NCBI RefSeq assembly: GCF_009914755.1
Contig: NC_060937.1
Source: the human T2T-CHM13v2.0 reference genome, Homo sapiens
DNA length: 64,000 nt
Reading direction: 5' to 3' (one strand)
Shown: positions 13,889-28,401 of the stretch, in pieces
Position numbering within the stretch: position 1 is the stretch's first letter
Layout: each line of letters opens with the position of its first letter
The notes under the pieces: generated by a model
Told to the model about the DNA's origin: nothing
The model's database searches: none
Seen by the model: the letters and a program-made list of their open reading frames with translations, nothing else
Translations under genes and position numbers: made by a program

Positions 13889-14648
13889 CTACAAAAGACA
13901 CACATACACACACAAAGCCTTAATTAGTTATGCAGAGTCTCTGACATACTTTGTGCATGAATAACAGGAAACACACCTGGGATCTTTTCAGTAAGTGATG
14001 GTTCTGCATGAACACAGTCATATAAATGAAGTGGTTTCTGCTCTGCTGACAAATAAATGCCCTTTGTCCGTTTTAATTCTTTCAACATATGGAACAATAA
14101 AATGAATGAAAGATGGTATGCAAATGAGTCCCTGGAGAGATGTCCAGTATCTGGAAATATAATAATGGGGGCGCATTTCTTACAGATTTTCTGTCACGGT
14201 GCTTCTCAAAAGTTTATTAGTTAAAATAATCAGCTTGAATTTGTTAACATTGTCTGTAAGCCCAGAGAAAATGTGACCTTTAGAATTCTACCTTTTGGTA
14301 AAGAGTTTGTTACTCAAGTTCTCTGGGACTTAGAGTGCAAATGGAAATAGCTGAAAACAATAGTATGTGAACATTTTGTACCCCACAAGTCTTTCTGGTT
14401 ATCTATTTTCAGAAATCTTCTGGATTACTTTTCTAAAAGTTTTTTCACATAATACTTTGCTACAATAACTTACAATTATGCCAGATAGACTAATTTTACG
14501 GCAGTAAAATGATAAAGAATTATAGTATCCCAATCAAGGCATATGCTTATTACAGCCAACTACTATATTTACATTAATGAGTGGGAAGAATAGCTAAGAT
14601 GTTTTTATGCATGCAAACTAAAGTAGTAGTTAAGATTATGTGTTCCAG

Positions 14649-15865
14649 GCAACCTACAAAATGGGAGAAAATTTTCGCAACCTACTCATCTGACAAAGGG
14701 CTAATATCCAGAATCTACAATGAACTTAAACAAATTTACAAGAAAAAAACAAACAACCCCATCAAAAAGTGGGCAAAGGACATGAACAGACACTTCTCAA
14801 AAGAAGACATTTATGCAGCCAAAAAACACATGAAAAAATGCTCATCATCACTGGCCATCAGAGAAATGCAAATCAAAACCACAATGAGATACCATCTCAC
14901 ACCAGTTAGAATGGCAATCATTAAAAAGTCAGGAAACAACAGGTGCTGGAGAGGATGCGGAGAAATAGGAACACTTTTACACTGTTGGTGGGACTGTAAA
15001 CTAGTTCAACCATTGTGGAAGTCAGTGTGGCGATTCCTCAGGGATCTAGAACTAGAAATACCATTTGACCCAGCCATCCCATTACTGGGTATATACCCAA
15101 AGGATTATAAATCATGCTGCTATAAAGACACATGCACACGTATGTTTATTGCGGCACTATTCACAATAGCAAAGTCTTGGAACCAACCCAAATGTCCAGC
15201 AACGATAGACTGGATTAAGAAAATGTGGCACATATACGCCATGGAATACTATGCAGCCATAAAAAATGATGAGTTCATGTCCTTTGTAGGGACATGGATG
15301 AAATTGGAAATCATCATTCTCAGTAAACTATCGCAAGAACAAAAAACCAAACACCGCATATTCTCACTCATAGGTGGGAATTGAACAATGAGATCACATG
15401 GACACAGGAAGGGGAACATCACACTCTGGGGACTGTTGTGGGGTGGGGGGAGGGGGGAGGGGATAGCTTTGGGAGATATACCTAATGCTAGATGACGAGT
15501 TAGTGGGTGCAGCGCACCAGCATGGCACATGTATACATATGTAACTAACCTGCACAATGTGCACATGTACCCTAAAACTTAAAGTATAATAATAAAAAAA
15601 ATAAAATAAAATAAAATAAAAAGAAAAATTCAGGAAGCATTGACACCAAGGAATGAATAAATTTAGTAAAGATCTTTACTCTTATTTGTTTTGAAAAAAA
15701 AAAAAAGACGTTATAGCTTTCAGCTCTGGAAGTTCTATTTGTTTTTCTTTTCAATAGTTTCCATTTCTCTTTTCATTATGTTCATATTTTCCCTAAAATC
15801 CTTGAAAATATTTATAATAGTGTTATTAAAAGCCCTTCTCTGTTAATTCCAAAAAAAAAAAAAAA
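14649..15865 (+). mobile_element. 5'-truncated L1PA2-like LINE-1 (ORF2 C-terminus + 3'UTR, to ~15628) plus 3'-transduced sequence and second poly(A)
   Basis: ORF 14581..15384 is the L1 ORF2 C-terminus. The 3'UTR has gatcacatgg, gctagatgacGAGttagtg and cttaAagtat, i.e. not the L1HS-Ta ACA/G. 17-bp TSD aagattatgtgttccag at 14632-14648 and 15866-15882. Confidence 0.95.
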
Positions 15866-17248
15866 AAGATTATGTGTTCCAGCATCAGCCTGGTTCTAAC
15901 TGTTCTTTCACCACTGTTCAATATCTGATCTGAAGCAAATTACTTAACCTGTCGGCATCTTTGTTTCTTCATCTCTAAAATGAAGATAACACTAGTCTCT
16001 ACTTTAGTAAGCTATTGTAAAATTAATAAAATCTTACTTGGCATCAGCTAAGAAAGAGCCTGGTGAGCCGTGTTAGCTGGTACTATTATTTATTGCAGTG
16101 GATAAAACACATATGGACAACTTAGTCCACTTTAAGTTAAGCATGCTTCCATCAGTGTTTCATGGGAGGTGGCTATGTGATAGCACTGTCGTTGGAAATA
16201 CAAAGCCACTAAGCCTCAGGCAGCTGGTGTCTGTTTTAGGGCCAGGTCAGCCATTACACAAAGAAGCACCACACAATATAATTCTGGGTATTACAGTATG
16301 TATTGTTTTCTTGTTCCTGATACCCTTGCTGGAAACAGGGGCAAAATTACCATTTTGGAATACCAATAGATTAATGCAAACATCACCAGCATATAGATTA
16401 TTAATTTTGGTGGGCAGTTAATTCTAAGAACTACCATGTATGTGACCCTTGGGAGAATGTTCTTTCCAGATTATGTTCTTGGCAAGAATCCCATGATCTC
16501 TCAGGAAAATGGGTCACTCTGGAGCATAGCTATCATGTAAAACTTGATCAGATACCCAGCTACGGGTGGCAAGAGGAAGGAATGTGCACAGTCTACTAGA
16601 ATCTCTTCCTACTGATCTATCTGTGAATCAGACAGACAACCTTGACCACACAGCACAGTCCTTTTCAGGCCCCCTCCCTGCACCAGTGATTGGGACTTAG
16701 CTCTTATCTCTTCTTTCCTAACATTTCTGTTCTCTAGTGTGGATAATCCTCAGGCTTCCTGGATAATTTATCCTGGGAAATGCTATTGTGGATGACCATT
16801 TATGTACCTTCAGTCTTCACATTGTACAACTCTTGGAGGTACCAAGCTGCAGAGCACTGGATTCTAATGGCTTTCATAGATGAGGACAGACTCTCACAGA
16901 CTAGTCTAGACTGGGAAAACCAGCACTGAAGAAAGTAAAAGAGAACAGGGTGGCAGTGGTTAGCAGCCATTAAAGTGGCATGGAACTTGGATTCTTGGGC
17001 CGGGTTTAAGAGAAATGTGGGATTAGAACTGGAATGAAATTGTATATAACATGTTACTTATTGGCCATGGCACTGTCATCATGAAGCATTGATTTTCCAA
17101 GTTTTCATAAATACATTGAGAAGGCAATGACCCCAAGGACTCCCTACCCAATCCCATTAGCTGCTACATGGTTTTATTAACCAGTGATGCTTTTACCATG
17201 TAAAGAGCCACTGTAATGGCTATAGATTGTCATTTTTGTAATTTTTGT

Positions 17249-17538
17249 TTTTTTTTTTTTGACACAAGGTCTCTGACACCCAGGCTGGAGTGCAGTGGTA
17301 CGATCATAGCTCACTGCACCCTTGAACTTTGAACTCCTGGGCTCTAGTGATCTTACCACCTCAGCCTCCTAAGTAGCTGAGACTACAGGCATGTACCACT
17401 ACACCTGGTTAATTTTTTATTTTTAAATTTTTGTGGAGTTGGGGATCTTGCTATATTGCCCAGGTTGGTCTCAAACTCCTGGCCTCAGGTGATCCTCCCA
17501 CCTCAGCCTCCCAAAGTGCTGGGACTATGGGTGTGAGC
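17249..17538 (-). mobile_element. Alu, AluJ-type, slightly 5'-truncated
   Basis: Reverse Alu. TSD taatttttgt at 17239-17248 and 17539-17548. Confidence 0.88.
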
Positions 17539-18499
17539 TAATTTTTGTGATTTCTAATGCAGGTCACAACTGTAGTAAAAATAAATTTAAACCCCACCAT
17601 CTTACCACAGAGAAAATAAAAAATGTTAAAATTCTAACTAATAATTCTACTGTCCTCTTTATTTTGGTGTTTCTAAAACCAGAATATATCTTATAGTTGA
17701 TGGCAAAAAAAAGTTGTCAAGATGACGGGTAGAGGGACTAATTGTGACCTGGTTGCTGTAGCTGGAGGACACACAGCTGATGTTGGCGGAGCATAGCAGG
17801 CATCAGCTCACGGAATTATTTCCATTGATAACTGAGGTTTGTTTTTAACTTTGGTTAAAATTCCTAACTATTATCTTAAACAATTCAAAAACATTACACT
17901 ATATAGAAAATTAGAATAATGAGCAAAGAAATGGAGCATTAGGATGCAAATACACTATAAGCGAAGCAAGATTCTTTGCTGCAGAAATGACTACACTTCC
18001 AATAAGATTTACAAAGGCAAGATTCCCCCAAGGGGAAGAATTTGGGTTTAAATTTGTTGGGAAGACAAATTCCTAGAGGACTGCATGTCCCAGGCCATGC
18101 AATTAAAGAGGGAGAAACCGCTACATTTCATGAAATAGATCACAGAATGCTTAAAACTAGACGAAGTTGAGAAGACTGATTCAAGTACCATGAAGGACTA
18201 TTAGGCCCTGTCAAAAAATTCAAGGAAAGCTGTTACATTTTCTGTGATATGTAATGCAATTAAGCAAAACATGTAACTCTCAGTTTTGTTCACCATCATG
18301 CAAGAATCCAGGGATTTTAGGTCTTAATTTTCTTGTGCTGATATTGCTTCTTTTCCCATAATGATTATCTGCCCTTAAGGTACTCTCTAGCTTGAAGACT
18401 GTTTCCATTACATATGCCAATAAAAGAAAAGGACTTGGTAAAATTTGCAGTGAGAGTAAGGGAGAGGGAAACACTTTTTCCAATAAATCTGCTGCCTTT

Positions 18500-19160
18500 T
18501 TCTTTCTTTTTGGGGGTTAACTTTTCAAGTTTAAGTACTTGTAATAAAGTATACAAATCTTAAGAATGTACTTTTACAAAGTAAACACACAATCTTAATC
18601 ATCCACACCGCCTAAGCCTCCCAGTGCCCTGTTCTGGACATTACCTTCTCCCTGCCAAAGGTAACTCCTATACTGACCTCTGTTACTATAAATTAAGTTT
18701 GCCTGTTTCTGAACTTTATAAATATGAAATCATACAATATATACTCTTTTGTTTCTGGCTTGTGTGGCTCAACATTATCTCTGTGAGTTACCCATGTTGT
18801 GTGTGGCAGAACTTTATTCTCTTTTGTGCTGCAACGGTATTCCATTGTATGACTTTGTCACAATTTACCCATTCTACAATTCTGCTGATTTCAGTTTGGG
18901 GCTATTAAAAATAATGCCACCATAACTGAACATGTCTTTTGGAGCAGGTATGTGCATATTTCGTTGTGTGGAAATGCTGGGTCACAGAGTATGGATATGT
19001 TCAGCTTTAGCGTATACTGATGAACAGTTTTCCAAAGTGGTTTTCCCAATTTACATTCCTGTGAGCGGAGTATAAGGGTTTCATTTGTTTCTGTCCTCAC
19101 CAACACTTGATATTGACAGCTTAAAATAATTTTTTTAGCCATTCTTTTGGTGTACAGTAT
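18500..19160 (-). mobile_element. Ancient L1M (L1ME-type) ORF2 end/3'UTR fragment
   Basis: ORF 18891..19142(-) has degenerate L1 ORF2 C-terminal motifs (ECKLGKPLWKTV, ILCDPAFP). Confidence 0.7.
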
Positions 19161-19907
19161 ACTCCTTCATTTTTATTTTTATTTGCAGATAAATTAATTA
19201 CTTTTGGTACTGCTTGTCATTGATATTTTTAGGAACATGAACCAGTAGTTTTTGTTCTTGAGAACTAAACATATGTATCAGCCTTTTGAGTCAAAACTAT
19301 TAGGCACAAAGACATTTTTATAATAGTAGCACTGTTCATTAGTTTTCAAGTATGTAACTTGCAGATAAATATGGGTAGAAATCTGATTTTCTATCCTCTA
19401 GCCAGCCCACAAATACTTGGAAACTTAAAACAGGAAGAGGTGTCAGAATGAATGCTCTTGGGGGCAATGGGCTGGAGGGGGAGCTCTTTAGAAAGTTACT
19501 GAAGGCTGAATAAAAATATTTACTGTTTTGGACTGTGTATATAAAGCCTTCTGTATTTTATGAGACTTAGTGAAATACTTCTTGAAACAGCTCCTACTGC
19601 ATTTAAATATATGCTTTTGTTTATAATAAAAGGCCAAACATGTTCTTTGTTATATATTCCTATTGCATGAAGTAAAGTATCCCTGTAAATATGTCCATCT
19701 GTTTTGTATTATACATAAATTCACACTAATGAGAGTTCATTATATATAAAGTGAGGTTGCATTAGTAAAAAGTCTATGTTACAGACTTTCTGAAAAAGAA
19801 ATATAATTTTATTACTTTCACACAAAGAATACTTAGACTCACTGAAATACTCAGAGAATGATGTATTCTGGTTAATTCATTTTCCAGGAAATACTTGCTT
19901 AACCAGA

Positions 19908-19911
<4 letters not shown>

Positions 19912-19958
<47 letters not shown>
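19912..19958. repeat. (CA)~23 microsatellite
   Basis: Perfect AC dinucleotide run. Confidence 0.98.
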
Positions 19959-19959
<1 letters not shown>

Positions 19960-20819
19960 CTGTAGCACTAAAGACAGAATAAATAAACTTGACAAAAACC
20001 AATCATCTTGTGGTTTGTGACACTTTGTCTTATGATTTCAGCACTGAAATCATTCTGATTAATCTTATATCTTTGCTTATTTGGGTTATGATTAATCAAG
20101 ACTTTTTTTTTACCTACAAACTCTATAATCAAGCCAATTTTATATTAGTCCTTCAGAATTTGTTTAATGAAGAGAATAAAAAGACTTAAGTAGCAATTGT
20201 TATAGAGAGTTTATACATTCTACAGAATAAAGCCTACAGGATCATCAAGAAATATTTGTTGGGTGAATGAATAACTGTAAATGATGTTAGAGGGTACCTG
20301 TGAACAGCGATTCTCTTATTAAACATTAGCTCCCATTATTTTAACATCTCTTCATGCTCAACCAACATATATTTTTATGCTACAAATGTGTATGACTCAA
20401 ACAAATAATTATTGGATTAAGGAAAACTTTCATATTGAATTTATAAGATAAACTATTAATCAGTGGAAACACAAAATTTTATTTTGTGGTTCTCAACATA
20501 TTGGTACAGCCATTAAAAATATTTTACTAAATATCTGCTTAGGTTCCTAGGTGCTCTCAATAGTGAAAGAAAAGAGGAGATATGTACCTTATTCTAAGGG
20601 ATTCATGTTTCTTGAAGTAATATCTCATTGCAAAGGAAAACGGTGAATCATCTATGGTGATTCTCATTAGAAGAGTTTATATTCTTGGATGGTGATGTGG
20701 AACTAAATCATTATGTTGAGTAACACTATACTATCTATAGTCACTTTTTATGAACTAAAATTATTTCAGGTCTTTCCTTCAAGAATTAAATATTTTGTAA
20801 TTAAAAGGAGCTGGGAACA

Positions 20820-21210
20820 TCTCGGTGTGCAAACATAACAGGCATCTTATACTTCACAAGTTTAAAACTCAACCCTGGATTCCACCCTAGAAAACCTGTT
20901 CTCTCTAAGTCCTCCCCCATCTCAGTGAAGGGCAAGAGGCAACCCCACTCTTCCAGTTGTTCAGGCCCCACACTGAGGAGTCATCTTTGACTCCCTTACA
21001 TCCACACCCAATCCAAGGGCAAATCCTCTCAACTCCCAGCAGTATTTGACCATCTCTTACCATCTCCATGCCTAGCCTTAGTCCTGTCCTCATTTTCTCT
21101 CCCCTAGAGCACTGCAGCAGCCTCCTAAATGGTCTCCTTCCTTCAGTTTTAAACAGTTTTCCAAAGAGGTTTTTCCTGTACAGTTCCTTCTTCACATAGC
21201 AATCAGAGGA
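20820..21210 (+). mobile_element. LINE-2 fragment
   Basis: L2-like motifs: ttccagttgttcaggccc, ggagtcatctttgactcc, gcagcagcctcctaaatggtctcc. Confidence 0.6.
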
Positions 21211-23689
21211 ATTTTTATAAAATATATTGTCATTTGTAAGAACTATATTAGAAAGAACGAGCACGGTTAACTTTAAGTCTTTAAAAAGCATGATTGAACT
21301 TATATTTCCCTTATGATTTTCAGGAATGAGGCTATTTGCCTCTCCCATATGTAACATAAATTGTTACACTTTTACTTTCTTCTATTCCTTCTCTATACCA
21401 ATTTAACTAACCAAAAACCAACAGAATCAAAAATCTTGATTTTTGTTTAATTTTAAAACTAATATGAGAATTTAGGCCCTGTTTATTAAATTCATAATTT
21501 TTAATATTGTATACCTTTAAAAAGAATGATTCTTGATATTTGAGTTTTTAAAAAATATATTTACCACAATTATTTAGACCTGATTTTGTGTTGAACTGCT
21601 TCTAATGCTCATTGCTGGTCCTTTTATATCACAAGGTTCCCATTCTTAAGGAATTTTGATTCCTCTCTTAATTGACTAGAGTATTTATACAAATATATAT
21701 ATTTATTTCAAAGTTATCTTTTAAAAGGGTGCTTAAGAGACATTTTAAGCCTCTGAATATCTGCAAATATCTGTCACCTTTGTACTTTGGCTGTGCACAG
21801 AATTCTTGGGTCACAAGAATTGTCTCTTCAAAATCCTGCAGACCTTGTTCCACTATCCTGTGGCATTCAAGGTTTCAGGGACAACTAATGTAAAATTAAT
21901 TTTTCTTTCTCTGACAATAGCTTGTTTTTCAACTGCTTCTCTGCTTTTAGGATTTTTTTTTTTTTAATTTTTGAAATGTTAAAATTCCATGAAGCTGTGT
22001 TGAGTGCTTCTCTCTTTGTTAATTTTGCATGGTACTTAGTAAAGTCCTTTTGATCCATAGACTTAGGCCTTTCTTCAGCTGGGTACGGTTTTGTTACTAC
22101 TTTGGTTATTGTTTATGAATATTTTTCAGTGGCCTCCTCTACAGGGATATGATTTGTTCATTCAGCATATGTTTACTAAGCACTTACCATGTTTCATGTA
22201 CTGTTCTATTTGTTGGGACGACTCAGGGCTCTGTATGTCAGCTCTCTACTTTGTTTTTACTAATTAGCTTTCTTATGGTTTTTACCCCTTTATTTCCTCT
22301 GGAATAACTTCAACTTTTTTGTTCACATTACTACTTAGACTTAAGACTGGATGGAGTCTGTTCTTTCTACTTTTCATGTAGATTTGAGTTTTGGTAGTGC
22401 AGTTTTAGTTTTCTTATCTTTCCTTATTGCATTCAATTCCCTTATTATTTCTGCTTGCTTCTTAGCCAGATACTTTTCAATTTATGTCTTATTTCACATA
22501 CTTCAAATTTCTTTGAATTGTGAGAACACAAAGCAGATGTTTTCTAAAAATTTTGTTTTCTGAAGAATATTCTATCCCAGCAGCATCTTCTATATCTTAA
22601 ATGCTTGTTATTCCACCTCAGTACACAACCTTTTCATATATCCCATGTTATTTTATGTTTTCTGTGTCCTTATTCTCGAATGATGAGATACAAAACTGTT
22701 GAGGAACAGATTGGACAGATGCTCCTTGGTTGCATTCACTTTCCACTTAGTTTCTACTAGAATTCTTCTTGAGAGGTTTTAAACTGGTTGAACTAAATCT
22801 ACAATGCCAGCAGGGAAGGAATTGAAACTGCGGACAGTCCCAGCATGAGAACTTCATCACCACATCATTTCTTATTTTGTTTGGAAAAGCCATTGCAATG
22901 GGGCCAACTTTGGGCATTTGGCTCCTTTGTGATTTAGTCTTCAAGCCAAGTATAAGTTGGGGCTGGTCTGGCCTTTTTCCAGGGCTATTCCCCTTTCAGC
23001 TTCCTGCTTGTAGCCACTGCATGAAACCTAGACCTCCCCCACAACCATGCCTCCCTAGCGCTGCTGCTTTCAAACGCTTTTGCATGGCAGTAACAAAATG
23101 GAGGTCAAGTGATCTGCTTCTCACCAGTTCTAGGGCTCTTTCTTCTTTTCCTGCCTTTCTAATCAAGGGATGTTAGTGACATTCTGTTAGCTCTCATGCA
23201 GTTACTCATGAATAATGCTATTTCTCAGGAAGGTTTTCAAGTTGTCTTTGAGAGGCGTCCCAACAAAGTATATTTAGCAAAAATTCTTCAAAGCTGTTTG
23301 CGTGTCACTAGCGCTCTTCATTAATTTCTCCTGACGTGGGGTTTTCAATATGTAAAGGTTTTGACTACTTAAATAATTTTAATGGTCACCTGGCAAAGAC
23401 TGAGTTAGAGATGCCCATAGTCATGCAGCCCAGAAGTCAGGACTATATTTCTAGGCTGCACCTGGATGAAGTTGTCCTCTCTTGGACACTGACACCATGT
23501 CTTGAGTGATGAGCCATTCATGATGTGCTAAGAAAGAGTAACTGGCACTTTGCTGCTCTCCTGTGACATGTAGACGTTCCTTGACTCGGCTGTTCTCACC
23601 CTTCCCCTCTCTTTGCTCTGCACTCTTGCCTTAGTTGACACATCTTCCTTTGGCTTGGGCTGTCCCTCTATTCAGATGACCACAAAAAT

Positions 23690-24520
23690 ACATATACAGA
23701 TAGCCATATAAACATGAAACCCTATCTAGTCCTCACCTTGCTCCTGAACTCCAAATTCAGGTTTTGAAAACTTTAAACATCGTGCTTGATATTTTTACAT
23801 AGGTGTCCCAATAGTGAGAAAACATACTATAACATCCAAAGCAAACATCTGCTTTCTTCACAAGTCTGTCCTCTTCCTGTGTCTCTTTCTGTCCTCCAGG
23901 CCTTGAAAACCTCCCATTTCCCTTCCCTCGCATTCAGTGTCACTTGTCTTTTTGTCCTACCTCCAAATTGCTTCTTGAATTTGTCTCATTCTTTCCATTT
24001 TCATTTCAATTACGCTGGCTCAGGTGCCTATCACTTCTCACCCGAATAACTGATACTGTTTCATGATTTAATCTCCTGGCTTCCACCTCTCTTGTCTCTG
24101 AAACTTTCTCCTCCATGGCTACAAAACTTCCTAAAGAAGATAGAACCAGCTCTCAGCTCATGCCTGAGACCACACAGTGTCATGCATCTGTCTGTGCTGT
24201 GCCCTCTTCTGGGGCGTTGTTTCCACCCTTCTCTGTCTGGTTAATACTTGTGTGTCCCTCAAGACTCAGCTCATGTACCCTTACCTTCAAAATCTATCCT
24301 TGAATCCTTTTCTTCTGAGCTCCACCACATTCTAAGCTTCCCTCTACCTAGGTACTTACCATATTAAATGGAATGAGATCTTTAGGTGTCTGCCTTCTCT
24401 GCCCCTCAAGCCCAGAATTTTCTTAGTACAGGGACACTATCTTATCAATCTCTGTGCCCTCAGTGCCAAACACAGTGTGTGCTACACAATCAGTGTTCAA
24501 AGCACTATTTATCTGAACAA
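23690..24520 (+). mobile_element. LINE-2 fragment(s)
   Basis: L2-like motifs (ctcctgaactcca, gctgtgccctcttctgg, ccctcaagactcagctc) and a 3' end cagtgccaaacacagtg ... tatttatctgaa. Confidence 0.55.
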
Positions 24521-27500
24521 AAGCTTATTTTGAAACACCACAGGGGAAAAAAGGAACATAATTGTTTGTTCATGGAGATACCATGCTAGCCAAAGCAATC
24601 AGAGAAAGGTTAATTTAGTTTAGCCTGAGAATGAAATTATGATTATAGATCAGAAAAACATTGGAGAGAAGATATGATTAAAATCAAGTGGTTTTTTGTA
24701 AGAATGGATGTTTTCTTTTGTTAGAGCATGCATGGTGCAATAAGAGATTGAGATTCTGAACCAAGTATAATTGAAGTATTTATGGACTGATGAGAAGATT
24801 CATGCAATCGATTCACAAAAGGGAAAAGGTTCAATAACTCAAAGAAGCCAAGGAAAGTCACCGGTGATAGCTATCTTAATCGAGAGGAAAGACATGTACT
24901 GCAACATAGGCACATGTTAAAGCAGACATTAACATGGGTGGCAACAGCATTTCCTGCTCCTCAAATCCCACCTGGAATCAATGAGTGGGCCTGAGGCTGT
25001 GCTTTGGAAAGTCATCTCAAGTGATGATTTGCTAGTTCCTGGCCAAACTTTGTGCCGTTCACCAAGGAAACACCCATGGTTACTTGGATTACATAGCAAC
25101 CTCAAAACAGCTGGAAGATATTAGTCAACTGGAGCCACACAGGACTGGCAGAAGATGGCAAAATGGGACCAAATCAAAGGTTCCTTGCTTTGTTTTCAAT
25201 CTAAAGTTCCATATTCTACACAAGGCCGTGTCCATGCTTGGTGAGTAGCTAGGTTTTAAACTAGCCCTATCTTCCTAAATGGAGGACTAGAAGGCCCACC
25301 TGAGAATAACTCCCCTATGGATTAAAAATAGATTCAATAAGGAAAACACTTGAAAAATGCTGTGTTGGCATTTGGATAATGATGCAAAATGTTTTATGAG
25401 TATATGTAAGCATATGCTTTTTATGGAATTGTTGAGTTGGAAAAAGAGAAAAGAGACCCTAACAAACAATAATGAACTGAGCTTTGGGCCGCACCTGCCT
25501 CGCTAGCCATACAGCCCAGGACAGGTTACACCATCTTTCTAATCTTCTGGTCTCTCATTTATAAAGCGGGGGCAAAAGATGGCAAAAATGGAACCAATAT
25601 TTCACAGGATTATGAGAATTGACACAATGTATGTTTCCTCATCTATCAAATGTAGAAAATTATACATACTGGTTTCTGTAGAGGTTAAATAGCACAATGA
25701 ATGTAAAGTACCTGACTGGGTACCTGGCCTGTAATCCAGGCTGATAAATCTTAGCAAGTACAATGAAGGTAACAATGAAGTGAATCCTTCTATAGAGAAT
25801 GCTGCATGCTAGGCATTGTTTAAGCATATCATCTGAGTTCTTCACTAACATACTGGTATCTGTCATTCCCATTTTACAGAACCCAGGCTGTCTGGCTGCA
25901 GAGAATGACAATAATGATGGAGGTGATCTTGGTGACAATGACGATGTAAAGCACCTAGTAGAATGCCTGGTGCATGGTAAATTCTCAGTAAATGCTTGCT
26001 ATTATTATAATGCTGGTATTGTTTGTAAAGATTTCTAAAGACGGAAGTTCTACATCTATTTTAGCTACTTATTCAAGGATTAAATTGCTTTTATCTTCTT
26101 TCCTATATCTTAAAACTCTTTCTTGGTATTAGTTAAGCCTATTTTCTCTTTTTAGATCTCCACAGAGGAAGATAATAAAAACTCCCCTGAAATAATTACT
26201 CTCATTGAGGATATTTAGTAAGTTATTGACTCCAACCCCCTTAAGGATTTTTAAAAAATGGGTGCTACTTTGTTTTCCATGCATTTAATCTTACTTGTTG
26301 CTTTTACCTGAGACCTTCAGAGTTTTCATTCATTCCTCTTTGAAAGCTGAAAGCAAAACTGGACACTGTTTTCCGATACTGGTCTCACTGTTGTGGTGAT
26401 TAGTGGAAGAGCCATTCCTTGATGCTAACTCTAATTCTAACCAAGGCTTCATTTGTGTGTGATTGTGAGAAGTCAGAGCAGTGGACCTGACTTTTCATCT
26501 TTTGGCTGATTGTATAAACATGATACCATTTATCTAAAGCACTGATCTGAGGATTAAATGTGATAGTGCTTGTAAAAGCAACTATAGCATAGTCCTCAAC
26601 AAATACCAATTAAGACATCAACTAATACCAGATGAGGAATCTGATACCTTCAATTAAAAATGTATTCTTATATCCCTTTGTAGCACTGTGAATCCTCTAA
26701 GGGTCTCTTTCTGCCCACAGGGTAGGACTCAATGTTGTCTACCTGTTCTTGTGGCATCCAGGGCTATTCAGGATCTGGTGCCTACGACTCTGGCAGCCTC
26801 TTCTCTTGCCACTGTCTCCCACCAGGGTGTGCTTTTCTCAGCCATACCAAATACTCTGTCCTTCTCTGAACTCACTGTGCTCTCCTATACCTCTGTGCAC
26901 TTGTGCATACTGCTTCCTCTGTTGGACATGCCCTGACTCCTTAAGCACATGGGAAATTCCTTAGCATCTTTCAAGAGTAAATTCAAACATTACATTCTCC
27001 ATGAAGCCTTTCCTCATTTCGTCTCATAGCATTGTGTGCAAAATTCTCTACAGAACTCAGGAAATTTAGTTGACTTTGAGTCCCTTCTTTGAAGGCAGAA
27101 GATGTATCTTAGTTTTCTATCTCTAATGCCTGGTGTGCATCGAGAACTTAAGAAGTGAGTGAATCACTGAACCATACTCATTCTCAAGTCTTAGGATAGG
27201 CACCATCTCCCATTACTCTCACCTCCTCTGAATCATCCATTTTGGCCCTTAGCCAACTATTGCCTTACCCTGAAGCTCAGAGCCAACCTGGCAGTGTCCT
27301 GGTGCTCTCAATGTCCAGGGAAAGGAACACTTGTCAAATGAGTGACTATGTAAGAAGATCCAATCATTCAATATCATGTTGTTCACATATAGTTTATATA
27401 AAATCTTATGCTGTTTTATCCTAAATAACTGCATATAGATTTTTTTTAAAGTACATGGTTTAATTTTTACATTTCTTGGATTTTGAAATTAGACATCTGT

Positions 27501-28292
27501 TTAATTATTATAAAGATCTTTCCTCCTGGAAATGACAGAACTTTTATTAATCTCTGGATACGGATTAGATCTTTTGAAAAAATAAGGCTTTTCCAGAGTT
27601 TTGGGTTAAAATGGTGGATTAAAAACGGCATCACAGAAGTTCTAATCCCCAATACTTAGCAAAAATAATAAAACTTCCCCCAGAAGGACAATTACAAATA
27701 AGAACCAAAAAGGGAAAGGCAATCACCTTGAAATACTTCATGGAAAAGAAACACAAGATTCCAGAGTAGAATGGAGAAACAGGGCACAGCTTGGCTCCCA
27801 ACCTTCTTCCTTTGTCCTGAAATGAGGCTTTGCTTTCTCTTTAGACAAAAAATCTGATTTTGTTTCTGATTTTAAGGAACACTCAGCCCCTCCTAAATTA
27901 TTTGTGCAAACTGACCACAGAGCACAATTTCTAATTTGAAATCTCCAAACAATAGTCATGCTTAGGAAATACTGAAGTGTCTTAATATTTTCAGGAGGAG
28001 TAGCAGTACCAACTTGTTCCTCAGCATTGAGAGCTTTGTGAAACTGCAAAAGGGCAGGCAATGTGAAAGCAAGGGGAGGGCAGAAAGAGGAGGAGACAGG
28101 GGACATACAGAATACATACACTGGATGATCAAAAAGAAAGCCATGGGATAGTCCAGTTTTATGCAGACATTTTCACACTGAGACATTTTTTCGGACTGGC
28201 TAATTAGGGTTCAGATAATTTTCTCCAAGACTTTAGGAATGTGTCCAGGTTTGGGCCCAGGTTATTTTCTTGGTCCATAAGTAGAAGATTAC

Positions 28293-28401
28293 CTGTAAAT
28301 TATCCAGGATGATTCGGAGGGAGTGCACCTGTCGCCGAACAGCACCTGAAAACCTTTCATAGGTTGCAGCATCGTATTCACTCATTTGGATCTCCTTTAG
28401 C
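28293..28401 (-). CDS. VWA8: VWA8 internal coding exon (109 bp, phase 2 to 0): LKEIQMSEYDAATYERFSGAVRRQVHSLRIILDNLQ
   Basis: Acceptor ctcttctgatttcag|, donor CAG|gtaatc. AG+G gives Arg across the junction and the frame is open. Confidence 0.95.

Noticed and set aside
14581-15384. 267-aa ORF, the longest on the + strand
   Set aside because: It is the L1 ORF2 C-terminus, fused by chance to 22 codons of flank from a GTG start. There is no promoter or RT domain, so it is not a gene.
15438-15462. G-quadruplex-like G runs (also ~49207-49228 and ~60538-60560)
   Set aside because: Standard L1PA 3'UTR G-rich tract.
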